In this document: one piece after another, positions 50,253-63,600 of the stretch
Layout of the letters: each line of letters starts with the position of its first letter
How positions within the stretch are numbered: position 1 is the stretch's first letter
Assembly (NCBI GenBank): GCA_964016885.1
Contig: OZ024744.1
Location: 43,586,001 to 43,650,000, forward strand
Source: Eledone cirrhosa
Lineage: Eukaryota
Length of the DNA stretch: 64,000 nt
Direction: 5' to 3'
Program-made: the position numbers and the translations under genes
Notes under the pieces: model-generated
Seen by the model: only the letters and a program-made list of their open reading frames with translations
Database searches by the model: none
Told to the model about the DNA's origin: nothing

Positions 50253-51039
50253 CTCTTTGAGTCTCAGTCATTGATGTTAGTTAACTGGAAAGTTTGTTGA
50301 AATTAATATCAAGCCACTACCTGCAGCCTCAGATATTCAGGACGTATCGGAGGTTTCTTGCTGTTCCCAGCAAGCATGCCTTTTGAAGCGTTCCAAAAAG
50401 CGTGAAGGGGCCAATTTTCTTTAACCGTCCCTGGAAACTTTTTGAGATAGTCCCTAGTGCGCCTATGACAATCGGGATCACTTTGACTTCATGGCAGTTC
50501 CAAATCCTTTTTACCTCCCACTTTAAGTCCTGGTATCGGTTAATTTTCTCCCTCTCCTTCTCTTGCACTCTCGTATCGAATGGGCAGGCCACATCCACAA
50601 TCAGGCACGATCTTTTTTCTTTGTCCAAAACCACCAGGTCAGGTCTATTGTGTTCCAGTTTCTTGTCCGTCTGTATCCTAAAATCCCACAGCACCTTCAC
50701 CTGATCGTTTTCTATCAGCGCCTCTGTCTTATGCTCATACCACTTCTCAGAATGTGGTAAATTGTTTAGTTTGCATAGGTGCCAGTGGATCACCCTGCCC
50801 ATCATGTCTCGAGCCCTTATAGTGAGTCTGGGCTAGGTGTTTACACTCGGATACAATGTGAGCCACAGTCTCCTCTCTCTCTCTCCACAGATCCTGCACA
50901 GTGGGCTAGCCTCCTCCTTGTAAATGTGGTGTTTCAACCACTTCGTTTTGAGGGCCTGCTCCTGCGCAGCCATTAACATTCCTTCTGTAGCCTTTTTAAG
51001 GTCTCCTCTTTTCAACCAGTTCCATGTCTGTGGATCTCT
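50253..51039 (-). mobile_element. 5'-truncated family X copy (CCHC plus RLE domain and 3' UTR)
   Basis: ORF 50329-50805 with RPDLVV..VDVACPFD..KINRY; ATT tract 51040-51063 at its 5' junction. Confidence 0.93.
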
Positions 51040-51063
51040 ATCATTATTATTATTATCATTATT

Positions 51064-54000
51064 GCATTTATCTTGCTTTATGTTCATACGAGTTATCACC
51101 AAGTCACAACCAGTGACCTCAAGAGACAACAAGGTCCGCCATGTTCAAGAAAAAACATACATATTCACACATGCATCTTTAGTGTTTAGACTTGTGATGT
51201 ATTTATATTGACAGAATCTTCCTTAGTATATGGGCAGTTCCCATTAGTACTATCTTTTGTATTTCTCCTATACGCGGGTTTCCTGGGATTTGCGATATGT
51301 AATCATTAGACCCCTTAGGTATCATTCCCAGAGCGCCTACAACCACTGGTGTTGTTTTAGTTCTCAATTTCCACATTTTTCCAGTTTCTATCTCCAGGTC
51401 CTTATACTTGCTCAATTTTTCAAATGTTTTTATAGATACATTCTTGTCTATTGGAACAGACATATCAATTAGCAGGCATACCCTCTTTTTAAAGTCCTTC
51501 AATATTATATCAGGTCTATTTGCATCTATTTTTCGGTCTGTTTGGATGCTAAAGTTCCACAAGATTGAGATGTGATCTTTTTCAAGTATGGGAGGTGGTT
51601 GATGCTCCCACCAATTCTTTTGATGGGACAGGTCAAAATGCTTACACATTATCCAATGTATGTATTGTGCAGCTCTGTCATGCCTGTTTAGGTATTCGGT
51701 TGGAGCTATAGGACTGCACATTGAAATTATATGGTCAATGGTCTCCGGTTGTTTTTTGCATACACGGCATAATGGGCTGCACCCATTTTTTATTATGTTT
51801 TGGCTTGGTAATTTTTTGTTGGCAGACACTGATCTTGTGCTGATATAATCAGTCCTTCAGTCTCCGATTTCAGTCCAGAGGATGCCAACCACTAATGGGT
51901 TAAAGTTTTGTCAACATCAGGATTGTTAGCTCTTTCTGGGTATTTTCCATACAGAGGCTTTTCTTGCCATTTCTTAGCCAGTTTCTGTAGCAGTTCTTTC
52001 TTTGCAGTTACTTTTACCTGCTTTGCTTTTTCTGTGTTTTCCATTTCAGCAGTAAATGGAACTTCTGAAATTTGTAGTCCATTACTGTATCTTTGTGCAT
52101 CTTTTGTAATGGAATATGAACTTTTGATGCTTTCGTGTTTCAAAACTAGTTTGATCATCCAATCATGTGATTCCCTTAGATATGTAGATAATCCAATTGT
52201 TGCAGTTTTCAACGCAATGTCTAACTGGATTAACCCACGTCCTCCTTCTTTCCTAGGGAGATATATTCTATCTATATCTGCCTTAGGGTGATGCATTCTG
52301 TGCATGGTTAAGAATTTTCGAATTTTTGTATCGAGCCTACGGATCTCTGTGCTTGACCAGTTGATGACATTGTAACTGTAGGTTACTACTGGTATGGCAA
52401 GCGTGTTTATGGAATCGATCCTATTCCTTGCATTCAATTCCGTTCTTAAGATTGCTCTTACACTGCGGTAACATTCCTTCCTTATCCTTTCCCTCATTGT
52501 CGAGTGCTTGATTCCGTCTCCTTCACAAACACCTAGATATTTGTAAGTTTTTTCTTGATCAAGTTCTCTTATCACGTTCCCCCGATCAAGATTAATGTCT
52601 GAACTCTTCAGCAGCTTTCCTCTGGTGAACGTTGCTTTGGCGCATTTATCTAGTCCAAACTCCATTTTAATGTCATCACTGAACTGCTCCACAGTGGATA
52701 ATAGCCCTTGCAATTGTTCATCATTTTTTGCAAATAGTTTCAGGTCATCCATGTAGAACAGGTGATTAATGGTTTGTCATAGACATTATATCCATGTTTT
52801 GTGTCATTGAGCATTTTACTTAATTGTATAAGTGCGATGCAGAATAAAAGTGGTGATAAAGAGTCACCCTGAAAAATTCCACAATTAATATTAACTTCTC
52901 CAGCTTCCAGTGATTTTGTTTCACTATTAAAAAGGAGTGTCGTTTTCCATGTCTTCATACTGAATGACAAAAACCTCCTGACAACGGGGGATATTTTGAA
53001 AATCTCTAAACATTTTTCAATCCAACTGTGTGGCAAACTATCGAATGCTTTTTTATAATCTATCCAAGCAATCGATAGATTTTTGTGTCTATTATGACAA
53101 TGTTCTAGTATCATTTTGTTAACCAGAAGCTGATCCTTACAGCCATATGAGCCGCGTTTACACCCTTTCTGCTCTGCTCAATGGGAAATAGGTCATTTGT
53201 TATCAGGTGGTCATATGTGTATTCAGTTAGGACTGATGTTAAAATTTTATACATTGTGGTCAAGCAAGTTATCGGTCTGTAATTTTTGGGATTGTTTGTC
53301 TCATCATTCTTCGGAAGCAGGAATGTAATGCCGTTAACTAGCCATGATGGTATCTTTTCTGGCTCCATAACTATTTCATTGTAAAGTTGGGCTAACAGCT
53401 CATGAGACTCTGTGAAGCCATTTATCCCAAAGTTTTGTATTTTGTCTTTTCCTCGGGATTTCCATTTGCTGGTTTTTCTTAGAGCCAAGCGCAACTGTTC
53501 AACTGTTATATTTTCCCATATTTGTTCCTCAAGGTGAGCTGTATCTTTCATTTGTCTGTCTATCCATGGGGCATGTATGTTATGAACTTTTTCTTCGGCC
53601 CAGATCTTTTCCCAGAATTCTTGCACTTCCTCCTTGGGTGGTATTGATTTAGCAGTTATTGTTGACTTACCAATTTTTCTGTAGAAGTTTCTTTGGTTGT
53701 TTTTGAACATATTGTCCTTATAGAATCTAGATCGGTTTTCAAAGCGCTTTATACGAGCAGCTTTGGCCGACACTTTTTGCTTGATTATTTCTATCAGCAT
53801 GTCTATGTCACATGTTGATTTTATACTGTACTTTTTTTTCAATTTTCTAAGTTTAGTTTGTTTAACATGTTCACCTACTTTATAGTTTGTTAAAATTTCT
53901 ATGTCAGATCGGAGAAGGTTTATTTGGCGATTGATGTTCTCTTGCCAAGTAGATTTCTTGTGGGAATTCCTTTGTTTTTTCATCTTCACTCCACATAAGT

Positions 54001-56014
54001 GAGTGGTGACTTTAGCCGATGCATAATAGAGATGATTTAAATCAGTAATGTTTAGTTTGTTTGTGATGATAATGTTTTTGATAATTATGTGAGTCTTGTG
54101 TATTATCTTTTGGTTCTGTTTGGAGTTCTGGATCTTAGGGAGGGTGTCTCGTTGCCCCATGTCAGATTCTTTCATTTTCATCCATTCGATCATAATTTCA
54201 TCCTTCAAGTTGGCAATTTCATTCTCATTCATTTCTTTATCATTTACGATCTCATTATTTTCATTTGGAGTTTCATCCTGAGCATGCACTCCCTCCACTT
54301 TTTCGATCCTTTCTTTAATTTGTTCTGTTGCCAGTGATTCCGCCCCAACCCTGGGATTCGAAGTGTTACAGTTTACCTCGTTTTCACTGACACATGTTTC
54401 ATTTTCCCTTCGCTGATTTTGTGCTAATAGCTTGATCTGATCAATTTCTATATCAGTTAGTAACTTTTTTCTTACAATATTTCTTCGTATATTGGCTAGT
54501 TTGTTACTGTCAATATAGCCTCTGTTTTCGGGATGTTTCTTTTTCCAGTTGATATATGTCAGTTCTGTATTCGATGTATTTGATGGGTAGTACATGGCAG
54601 TGTAGAAAGCCTCAAGGACTTCTTTATTATCTTCCCTTGACCATTTTTCTCTCTTTTTCTTTGGATTTCTTGGTGGTGAGCATGGAGGGCCAACAGTAGG
54701 AGTATTCCGGTTATGGGAGGTCTCCAGCTCCGAAGTGATGGGAAGGTTTGAACCATTAGCTGATTTTTTGACCCCAGTCTGGTTCCTCTCTGAGCGACGC
54801 GGCCCTTTTTTTACCCGGGTGACGGCCGATCCGGTATGAGATTTTATCATTAGACATTTACTTTATTTTGTCGCGTTTTATCCTTATCCGCCAAGGGGTA
54901 ATCATTTCGTGTTACCACTTCTAGAACGAGTGTCAACCAAGACTAGAGGGGTTTTCTCCCCTAGAGACACGGATATTCCCTGCCGGCCGCCATCCCGGTA
55001 TTTCTTGGTCACGGGGTTTTCTTTTTGTTTTTTTTTTTAAATTTTTATTATCATGAATGGTTCCTTAATGTGAGCATTGCGTGGCTTAAGAATGAAATTA
55101 TTAATAACTGTCTCCACTCCAGGCACAAGGCCAGCAATCACCCAGTGCATTACAATAATATAATATACTTTTGTTGTAGTTGGCTGTTATTGTTGTTGGC
55201 TATGTCGGTGGTGGTGCCGGGGCTTTTTATATTGTTGGTGAGGAAGGGGTGAGCCAGCAGTCCCATAGTTGTTGATGTTGACGTTTGGCCGGTGGCCAGG
55301 TCACTAAGTCAATCTATTTATATCTTTTGCTAGCCTCTCCCTTGTCTAGTGATACCGCCACCTTCCCCTTTCTCTCTCAAGTTAACAGGGGAATAGTGGT
55401 GGTAGCAATGAAGGAGTGGTGGCGGCGGCGATGGGATAGTGGTAGCAGTGATGGATGGGGTGGGGTGGTGGCAGCGGTGGCGTTGTGGTTACTGATATGT
55501 AGTATCTATGAGTTTGTGTTGGTATGTTTAATATATATTTTTATTATATATTGTGTTGACATATTCCCGTAAAATTGGAATTAAACATTATGTTAAAATT
55601 TGAGACAATAATAATAGTAATTATTATTATGATGCTGGGATTGATGGTGGTGGTGGTGAAATTGCCGTTATCTGGCTGTTATATTTAGTGTGATGGGATA
55701 GGTGGTGTATCAAGTTTCTGGTGTTGGTGAAATTGCTGTTATTTGGCTGTTCTATATAGTGTAGACAGAGGGTGTTTTCTTCCATTTATAACCATTATCT
55801 TTTTTTGAATACAAAATATATAATACAAAATTGAATATTTGAGCGATACAACAATATAATATGGATCCGAAACTTTATGGGACCTCATTCGGTGGTTTAT
55901 GCAACATTTGTACTAAGAATTGTTATTTCACAATTGATTTAAATATGTTAAAAATCAAAAACTTACGGGAGCGATTTCATGACCTTCTACCACCTCGTGC
56001 GTCTTCTTCCCTTC
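51064..56014 (-). mobile_element. Near-complete R4/Dong-like element, family Y, with a ~1.15 kb 5' leader
   Basis: Complete RT and RLE on the minus strand; leader homologous to that of family X; ATT tracts at both ends. Confidence 0.9.
51203..54850 (-). pseudogene. Family Y polyprotein (N-terminal domain, RT, CCHC, RLE) with few lesions
   Basis: Pieces 53111-54850, 52740-53114, 51892-52752, 51203-51829: [65 protein letters not shown]. Confidence 0.95.
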
Positions 56015-56025
56015 TTATTATTCCC

Positions 56026-56113
<88 letters not shown>

Positions 56114-56123
56114 AATTATTATT
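56015..56123 (+). repeat. Longest (ATT)n spacer in the window
   Basis: Directly visible. Confidence 0.98.
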
Positions 56124-56572
56124 CTTTGATTCTCAGTCATTGATGTTAACTGGAAAGTTTGTTGAAATTAATATCAAGCCACTACCTGCAACCTTAGATA
56201 TTCAGGACGTATCGGAGGGTTCTTGCTTTTCCCAGCAAGCATGCCTTTTGAAGCGTTCCAAAAAGCGTGAAGGGGCCAATTTTCTTTAACCATCCCTGGA
56301 AACTCTTTGAGATAGTACCTAGTGAGCCTATGACAATCGGGAGCACTTTGACTTTATGGCAGTTCCAAATCCTTTTTACCTCCCACTTTAAGTCCTGGTA
56401 TCGGTTAATTTTCTCCCTCTACTTCTCTTGCACTCTCGTGTCGAATGGGCAGGCCACATCCACAATCAGACACGATCTTTTTTCTTTGTCCAAAACCACC
56501 AGGTCAGGTCTATTGTGTTCCAGTTTCTTGTCCGTCTGTATCCTAAAATCCCACAGCACCTTCACCTGATCG
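56124..56572 (-). mobile_element. Family X 3' fragment fused directly to a family B copy
   Basis: Matches 50255-50707; ends at cttcacctgatcg with no ATT tract. Confidence 0.9.
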
Positions 56573-59500
56573 CCAATAAGGAACTGATGGCCCTCGTAGC
56601 ACGAAGTGAAAATATACAAAAAGAGGGGGAAATTTTTAAATCGAGCACAATTCGCGTGCCAGAAGATTTGGTTCTGGTGCGAATGTCGCTCGACATATTC
56701 AAAGAAATACGAGACAGCTTTCCTCGGGACGTGGGAACCCCGAACGTAAAACCCACTTCCAGACTTTTAAAGGGGTTCCCAAAAGAAATCCCACTAACTA
56801 TGGATGTCGGACAACCCGACCTTCACAAGAGCCCGGAAGGTAAGTAAACCTTCCTCTCTCTCTGTTTAACCTGCCAACATGGCCGTATTAAGAGTAGGAT
56901 GTTTAAATGTTCGAGGCCTGGGATCGTCCTGGAAGCAGGGTGACATGCTCAACGACCTATAGAAATCTATAGAAATGGATGTAATTTCAGTCAGCGAGAC
57001 CAGGATTTCCGACACGCGCGCACTAGCCCCCATTTTCGACTACTATCATATCTTTGCATCTGTTAGCCGGCCGGGAATGGGAGGCGAGGTGACAGTGCTG
57101 TCTAGGAAAGGTCTGGATCTCGAGGTAAGTTCGATCTTCTGGGACCCGGACGGGAAGTTGGTGGTCCTGGACATGAACAATAATGAAGGTGGTGCTTTTA
57201 GACTGGTGGCCGTCTATGCTCCTACTGGGGCAGGACGGCCGGACTTCTTTAGACGCCTGGAAGCCTTTCTGGGTACGTCTCGCCCTTTACTGTTAGCGGG
57301 AGACTGGAACGGCATCTTAGATGCACGCTGGGACTGTGTGGGAGTATCCATAGGAGAGGGGGGTGCAAAAGCCTCAAGAACCTGATCAGCCAGTTCCAAG
57401 TGTCTGACAGATACCGACTAGATTTCCCTAATGCACCAGTGTGGATCTGGGCTAACCGCATAGGGTCATCTAGATCGTATATTGACAGGATATTCATTAG
57501 GAAAATAGATAGAAATAGTGTAAGCTGTCCACGTTTTGAAACGATCGCCTATTCAGATCACAAGTTTGTGATCTGTATGGTCGACCTAGATAAGACGCGT
57601 AGGTTAGGACCTGGTTACTGGAAGCTAAACATGTCATTTCCGGCACGTAAGGCTTACAGGGACCAGGTCAACAATTTAGTTAAGAAAAAGTTGACATGGG
57701 TAGTCGTCAACAATAGATGGTGGGGGACTCTCAACAGAGAGATAAGAGTAATGTCGATAAAGTTTAGCAAGGAAGTAGCATTAGAGAAAAATAGAAAGGA
57801 GAGGGAGTTGGTAGATAAGTTAGACGAGGCTATTGGTAGTGGTATTGCAACTGATGTGCTAGCGGCGATAATGGCATTAGACCATTTCTTCAATGCGAAA
57901 CACGAAGGTTGCATTGTCAGAGGTAAGGCGCGTGCTCTGAGAAACGAGGGAACCAAAGCTGTTCGATGGGCCCGCGTGGCAGAGGCACAGCGTGAAAATA
58001 AAACCACAATTCGGTCTTTGACGGACCGAGACGGGCACGAGCTGAGAGATTCCAAGAGGATGTGTGAGGCCTTTCGCCAACATTTTTTTCGGTTGTTCGG
58101 GGGAAGTGACGGGTCAGAGATGGTGGCGGACTTCAGTCCCTACCTCAATGGCTTGCCGCAACTCTCGACGGCTGACGCTGGTCGCTGCGAAAGGCCAATT
58201 ACTTCAGCCAATATTCAGGACGCCCTTGTCGGCTGCATGAGGCGCAAGTCACCCGGTTTGGATGGTCTGCCCTACGAGCTTTACGTAAATATGCCAGACT
58301 TGTTCTCAAATCTCCTCGAAGCCCTCTACTGCAACTGGCAGCAAAACGGGAGTATTCCCAATTCTGTGAGCCGGGGCGTAGTGACGCTGATAAGGAAAGA
58401 CGAGAATAAGAGGGACACATTAGACAATTTCAGGCCCATAACTCTGCTCAACACAGAGTTTAAGATTTTGGCCATGGTGTTAGCGAAGAGGTTGGCGCTT
58501 GTCGTCGGGGATTTGGTTGGAGAACCGCAAACTTGCGCAATCCCAACCAGGTCCATACACGACAACCTCCACCTCATGCGATACATCATAGAGAGGGTAG
58601 GGTGTAAACCTGGCTTCGGTGGGGCTCTGATCAATTTAGATCAATCGAAAGCATTCGATAGGGTCGACGATCGGTACCTGGAGGCTATCCTCAAGGCGGC
58701 TGGCTTCGGCCCCGTCTTCAGAAGCTGGATCGCTGCAATGCACAGCGGCACCTGCTCGATGGTCAAAATTAATGGCCCCCTCTCGGAACCGTTTCAGGTC
58801 TCCCGATCGGTCGTCAAGGGTGCCCTCTCTCCTCCCTTCTGTACGTATTGACACTCGAGCCTTTACTGCGGAAGCTGGAGCTGTTGCAGGGCATCCCGCT
58901 CGAACCGGGACGCGGAAACGCTGTGTCGGCTTAAGCGGACGACATCACCGTGATGGTGTCGGACACCTCAGAAATCGAGGTGGTCGGCAACTTATTGGAG
59001 GAATATGAAAGGTTGACGGGAGCAAAACTTAACCTGGAAAAGTCAGTGGGCTTGCAACTCGGCACCTGGAGAGGCAAGTCCATGCCGTCTAACAGCGTCG
59101 TTAGGCGATGGACGGACGGACCGGTAAAGTTGCTAGAGGTTTGGTTCGGGCCAAACCTCCAGATGGATAAGAATTGGGACGAGGTGACGGGCAGAGTAGT
59201 CAGTCTCACCCAGAAATGGGCTGAGATGAAGCTATCATTGAAAGGTCGGGCGGAGGTGACGAACGCGTACATCGCGTCCGTCATCTACTACCGTCTGACT
59301 GTCGTTCCTTGCCCCCGTTCGCGCCTCGCTATCTTGGAGCGGCTCCTCTTCAAATTCTTGTGGAGGGGTCAGGTTCCGCTGGTGAGGCGGTCCATGTGCG
59401 GCCAGCACCCTCTACGTGGAGGGCTGGGCATGCCGTGGCTAATGATGCGCAGGCACGCGCTGAGGCAGCGGTATCTCCAGATATTCTGCCTAAACGGTGA

Positions 59501-60577
59501 ACAGGTGTGGTCGCCGTTTGTCAGACGAGCCTTTCCGCAGCTCGTTTCTTTGACTAAGTTGCAGTCCTGGGTCAAGAAGAGACCGAGACTGGGTGACTGG
59601 CATCTGGAATGTTGCAAGGCACTCATCGCCCTCTACGAGGCGGGCAATGCGATCAGTGGAACTTCCACTCTCGAGTTCTATAGAGGATTAGTGGTGGGCA
59701 AGTGCGACGACGCACTCGGAGAGGCTCTGGGAGTCAACGAAGTCGAACTAACCAGTCTGTACCGGAGGACTTACGAGCCGGGGACGATGGATAATTTCCA
59801 AAAATCCCTCGTTGGCAGTGCTACCGGGGCGCGCTGCCGGTTCGAGATAAACTCTACAGGCATGGAAGTGCTTTCAGGAGGACCTCCCCGAGATGCGCGC
59901 AGAGCGACGAAACCGTTCTGCACGCACTCGTCCAGTGTCCGTGCATTACTGACTTGTGGAGTTATGTTGAACAGCTGTTGTCGCGTGTAGAACGGATCCG
60001 GCTATCGGCCGAGTCCATAGTGAAGATCGACCCGCCGCCTTCTTTTGGCCAGGAAGGGCAGGCAATTTTCCTCTGTCTGGTGGCAGGAGCGAAAAGGTTG
60101 TATGGTGGACGAGGTTGAAAGGATTGAACACAGACACTTTTCTCTTCGGCCAATCCCTTATCAACTTTTTCAAGTTTCACTTGGAAAGGAAGGTGAGGGT
60201 GGAGAGAGAAGTGCTGCCCCCCAGTACATTTGCTGAAAGGTGGGTGAATGTGGCGAGAATGGCCCGTGTGAGTGGGCCTACTCTGGTCATGCGGCTGTAG
60301 GTAGGTAAATTTGAATAGGAGAAGGGTGCCATTCCAGGATGCTCTCGAAGCGTCGGGTCGTTCAGGACTGGTGAGGTACCTGATCGAACCCTAGGTGGTC
60401 ATCCCCCCTATTGGGGAATTTTTTCTTGTAACTTTATTGTTACTTTATTGTTACTCTGTTATTGTTACTTTGTTATTGTTATTCATATTGTTTACTCGAT
60501 TTTTCTGTAAAACCCCACTTTCCCAGTCTTTTGTATTGTCCCCTATATGTCGGCCCTTGTGGCCAATAAATGAAATC
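56573..60577 (+). mobile_element. Family B element: ORF1 C-terminus (to 56847), ORF2 56879-60300, 3' UTR
   Basis: 483 aa and 346 aa ORF2 pieces with APE and RT motifs; YADD Tyr codon is TAA; ends ccaataaatgaaatc plus ATT tract 60578-60604. Confidence 0.93.
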
Positions 60578-60604
60578 ATTATTATTATTAATATTATTAT
60601 TATT

Positions 60605-63600
60605 GGCGGCCTACGTAGTAAATCGTATCATCGTGAGCTCCGCAAAGGTTTGTTATTTTCAGTTGTTTAAAATTGCCATTCATGGAAAATGTTTTATTGT
60701 TAACTGTATATAAGTGCACATACATTGTTATCTGAAAAGGACACCCAAAAAGATTGGGGCATTGAGCCCAAAATTTAAACTTTTATAATTATCAAACAAA
60801 AATTTTTCTTTGAAAAATCATGGATGACACAGTCCACTACTTCCTCACAAACTAACACCTCACACCGACACCACCATTGTAAATATTACTACGTTTGCCA
60901 ACACTAAAAATATAAGCAGTAGCAATATTTTAAATTTGTCTCAGGCAGACATTCATTTCCCCACATTACCAATGATTTCAGGTGTTAAAGCCGCCACCAC
61001 AACCACCACCGCTCAACCCCCGCCACCACTGCGACAACCCCCACCACCACCGCGACAACCCCCACCCCTACCACCACTGCGACAACAGAAATAAAATTAA
61101 AAAATAAATTAACTCGTGATATCGAAATGAATTCAACCAAAATGAGCTCTTCCACACCGAACACCACTGACACCACCACCACCACCACAACTGAAACTAA
61201 AATTTATAATAACAAAAATAACGATAACAACAACAGCAACAATGAAACTAAGAAAACCACCCTGAGTTTTTGCCAGAGTAGCAAAACAGTGCGAAGCATT
61301 TCAGGTAACTCAGGAGCAATTAGAAGAATCCAAAAAAATGGTAAAGAAAGATGGGTACAGCGTCAGCCTCAACCCCCCCCCACACACACACCTAATAAAA
61401 TGGAGCTTCGGCGCCTATGCACCGTGTCTTACAATTAATATAAAATCGCGCCAAGTGGAACGGGCATCCGAGTCCCAAATCCAAAAAGCTTTGGGACATG
61501 TGTGGACCAAAAAACCCCACATCAGACGTGGGCAGAAATATGGAACCGTGCACGTGTTCTTTGAAACCCCACAGGAGGCTAGATAACACTCCATGGCCCT
61601 ATTAACAAGTGACGACTTCACACTCGTCCCAAGCTATTGTGGCCAGAGACTCGTAAAGATCAGGGTCACCCACGTTCCACCGGCCAGCGAAATTCCCTGG
61701 ATAATAGCTGCCGTCCTCGCCGGCATCGAAGCCAACACCAAGATAATCGAAATAGCGAAAGAAAAGCAGGAGAACTGGTCCGGATCTGGGATGGAGCTCC
61801 TGATCCAAGCGGACCAAAAAAGCATTGAGGAGATCCCAGAGGTAATAGACCTCACTGATGGCAGCCACCTCACCGTAATTGTCGAGGGCAGAAGGCCTAG
61901 GTGTGTCGTTTGTGGTGAAGGAACCCACCTAAGGGCTTTCTTCCCTCAGACTAAAAGGTTGAGGCCACCTCTCCTACCCACCCCAGTGACTCAACTATCA
62001 AAACCACCAGCAGCAGAGATGGCAGCAACAACTGTAGCAGCAACAAGAGTAGCAACTGTAACAGCAACAACCCCAGCAACAGTAGCAAAACCAACACCAC
62101 CACCACCCAACGCGCCAGAAGTAGCACCAGGGCCTACACCATCCACCACGCCACAACCAAAACCAACGCCTGTGGAGGATTTTCCACTCCCCGGCCTATC
62201 ACAACTGGAGACAGATTGTGACGACGAGGAGTTGCAAAGGGTATCAGGAAAAAAGAAAAACGAAACCAAAAAAGAAAAAATTCTCTTCCTTCCCCCTCCA
62301 AAAACAAAATACAGAGGGAAACATAAACTATCAAACAAAAAATTTAGGACAGATATGCCACCATCCACACCAGCATCACCAACCCCATCACCACAAACAC
62401 CAACACCATCAACATCATTAACCCCAACACCACCATCACCAACACCACAAAAGTCACCAAAAAGCGAAACAGAAACAAACCCACAACAAACGCAAACAAA
62501 GCAAAACAACCAAAACGATACACACTACACAGCAATAAATTTCAACAACAACCAATTATTACACTACATCCAACACAACACCAGCATGACAGAAAAAGAC
62601 TACACAACAACCCAAAAGTTCACACCGCCTCCACACATACAAATCACTCGCATCACACAGAAAACGTACACGACACTAAAACAAAAATTCCCCAAAGACA
62701 TGGGAGGCTTCCAACAAGCACTCTCCTGGAGGATTTATAAGGACATCCTTCCTGAGGAGGCCACAAGCAGTGAAAAGGATGGACAAACCATCCTTCCTCT
62801 ACGAGAAGTAAGGTAAGTGGTCTTTCCCATCTTTTCCACTCCATTTCAACATGACCTCACTCAGAATAGGCAGCATAAATGCGCGTGGCTTGGGGTCGTC
62901 ATGGAAGCAGGGCCACCTGCTCTACGACCTCAGGTCACTAAACATAGATGTAGTGGCCATCAGCGAGACCAGAATCTCCGAAGCACGGGCCTTCGCACCG
63001 ATCTTCGGCGGCTACGATGTGTACGCATCTCCCAGCCGTCCGGGATCAGGGGGGGGGGGTGGAGTTGCTTTGCTTTTTCGGAGAGGTTTGGATCTCGCCA
63101 TACGGGTCATCTTCCTGGATCCAGAAGGTAAGTTGGTGGTGCTGGACGTGACCAGCGGAGACGGGCAAGCTTTCAGGCTAGTGGCCGTCTATGCCCCGAC
63201 AGGAGCAGGGCGGCCTGATTTCTTCTGGCGTCTGGAGACTTTTCTTGGAACGTCCCGCTCTTTAGTGTTAGTGGGCGACTGGAACGGGATCTTAGATACA
63301 CGCTGGGACTGTGTGGCATTAGCAGATAGGGGAGGAGGGTGCAAGAGCTTTAACCAACCTGCTCAGGCGTTTTGAACTGTCTGACAGGTACCGATTGGAT
63401 TTCCCGACGTGCCAATGTGAACTTGGACAAATCGCATAGGGTCATCCAGATCATATCTAGATAGAGTATTTTGTAGGGAAATAGATAGGTCTAGCATAGG
63501 CTGTCCACAATTCAAGATAGTCAGCCACACGGACCACAAATTCGTGATCTGTGTGCTAGACTTAGATAGGCTTCATAAACGAGGACCCGGCTACTGGAAG

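Noticed and set aside
51203-54850. Calling any element currently active
   Set aside because: Even the best-preserved copies have frameshifts or stops; some could be sequencing indels, which cannot be judged here
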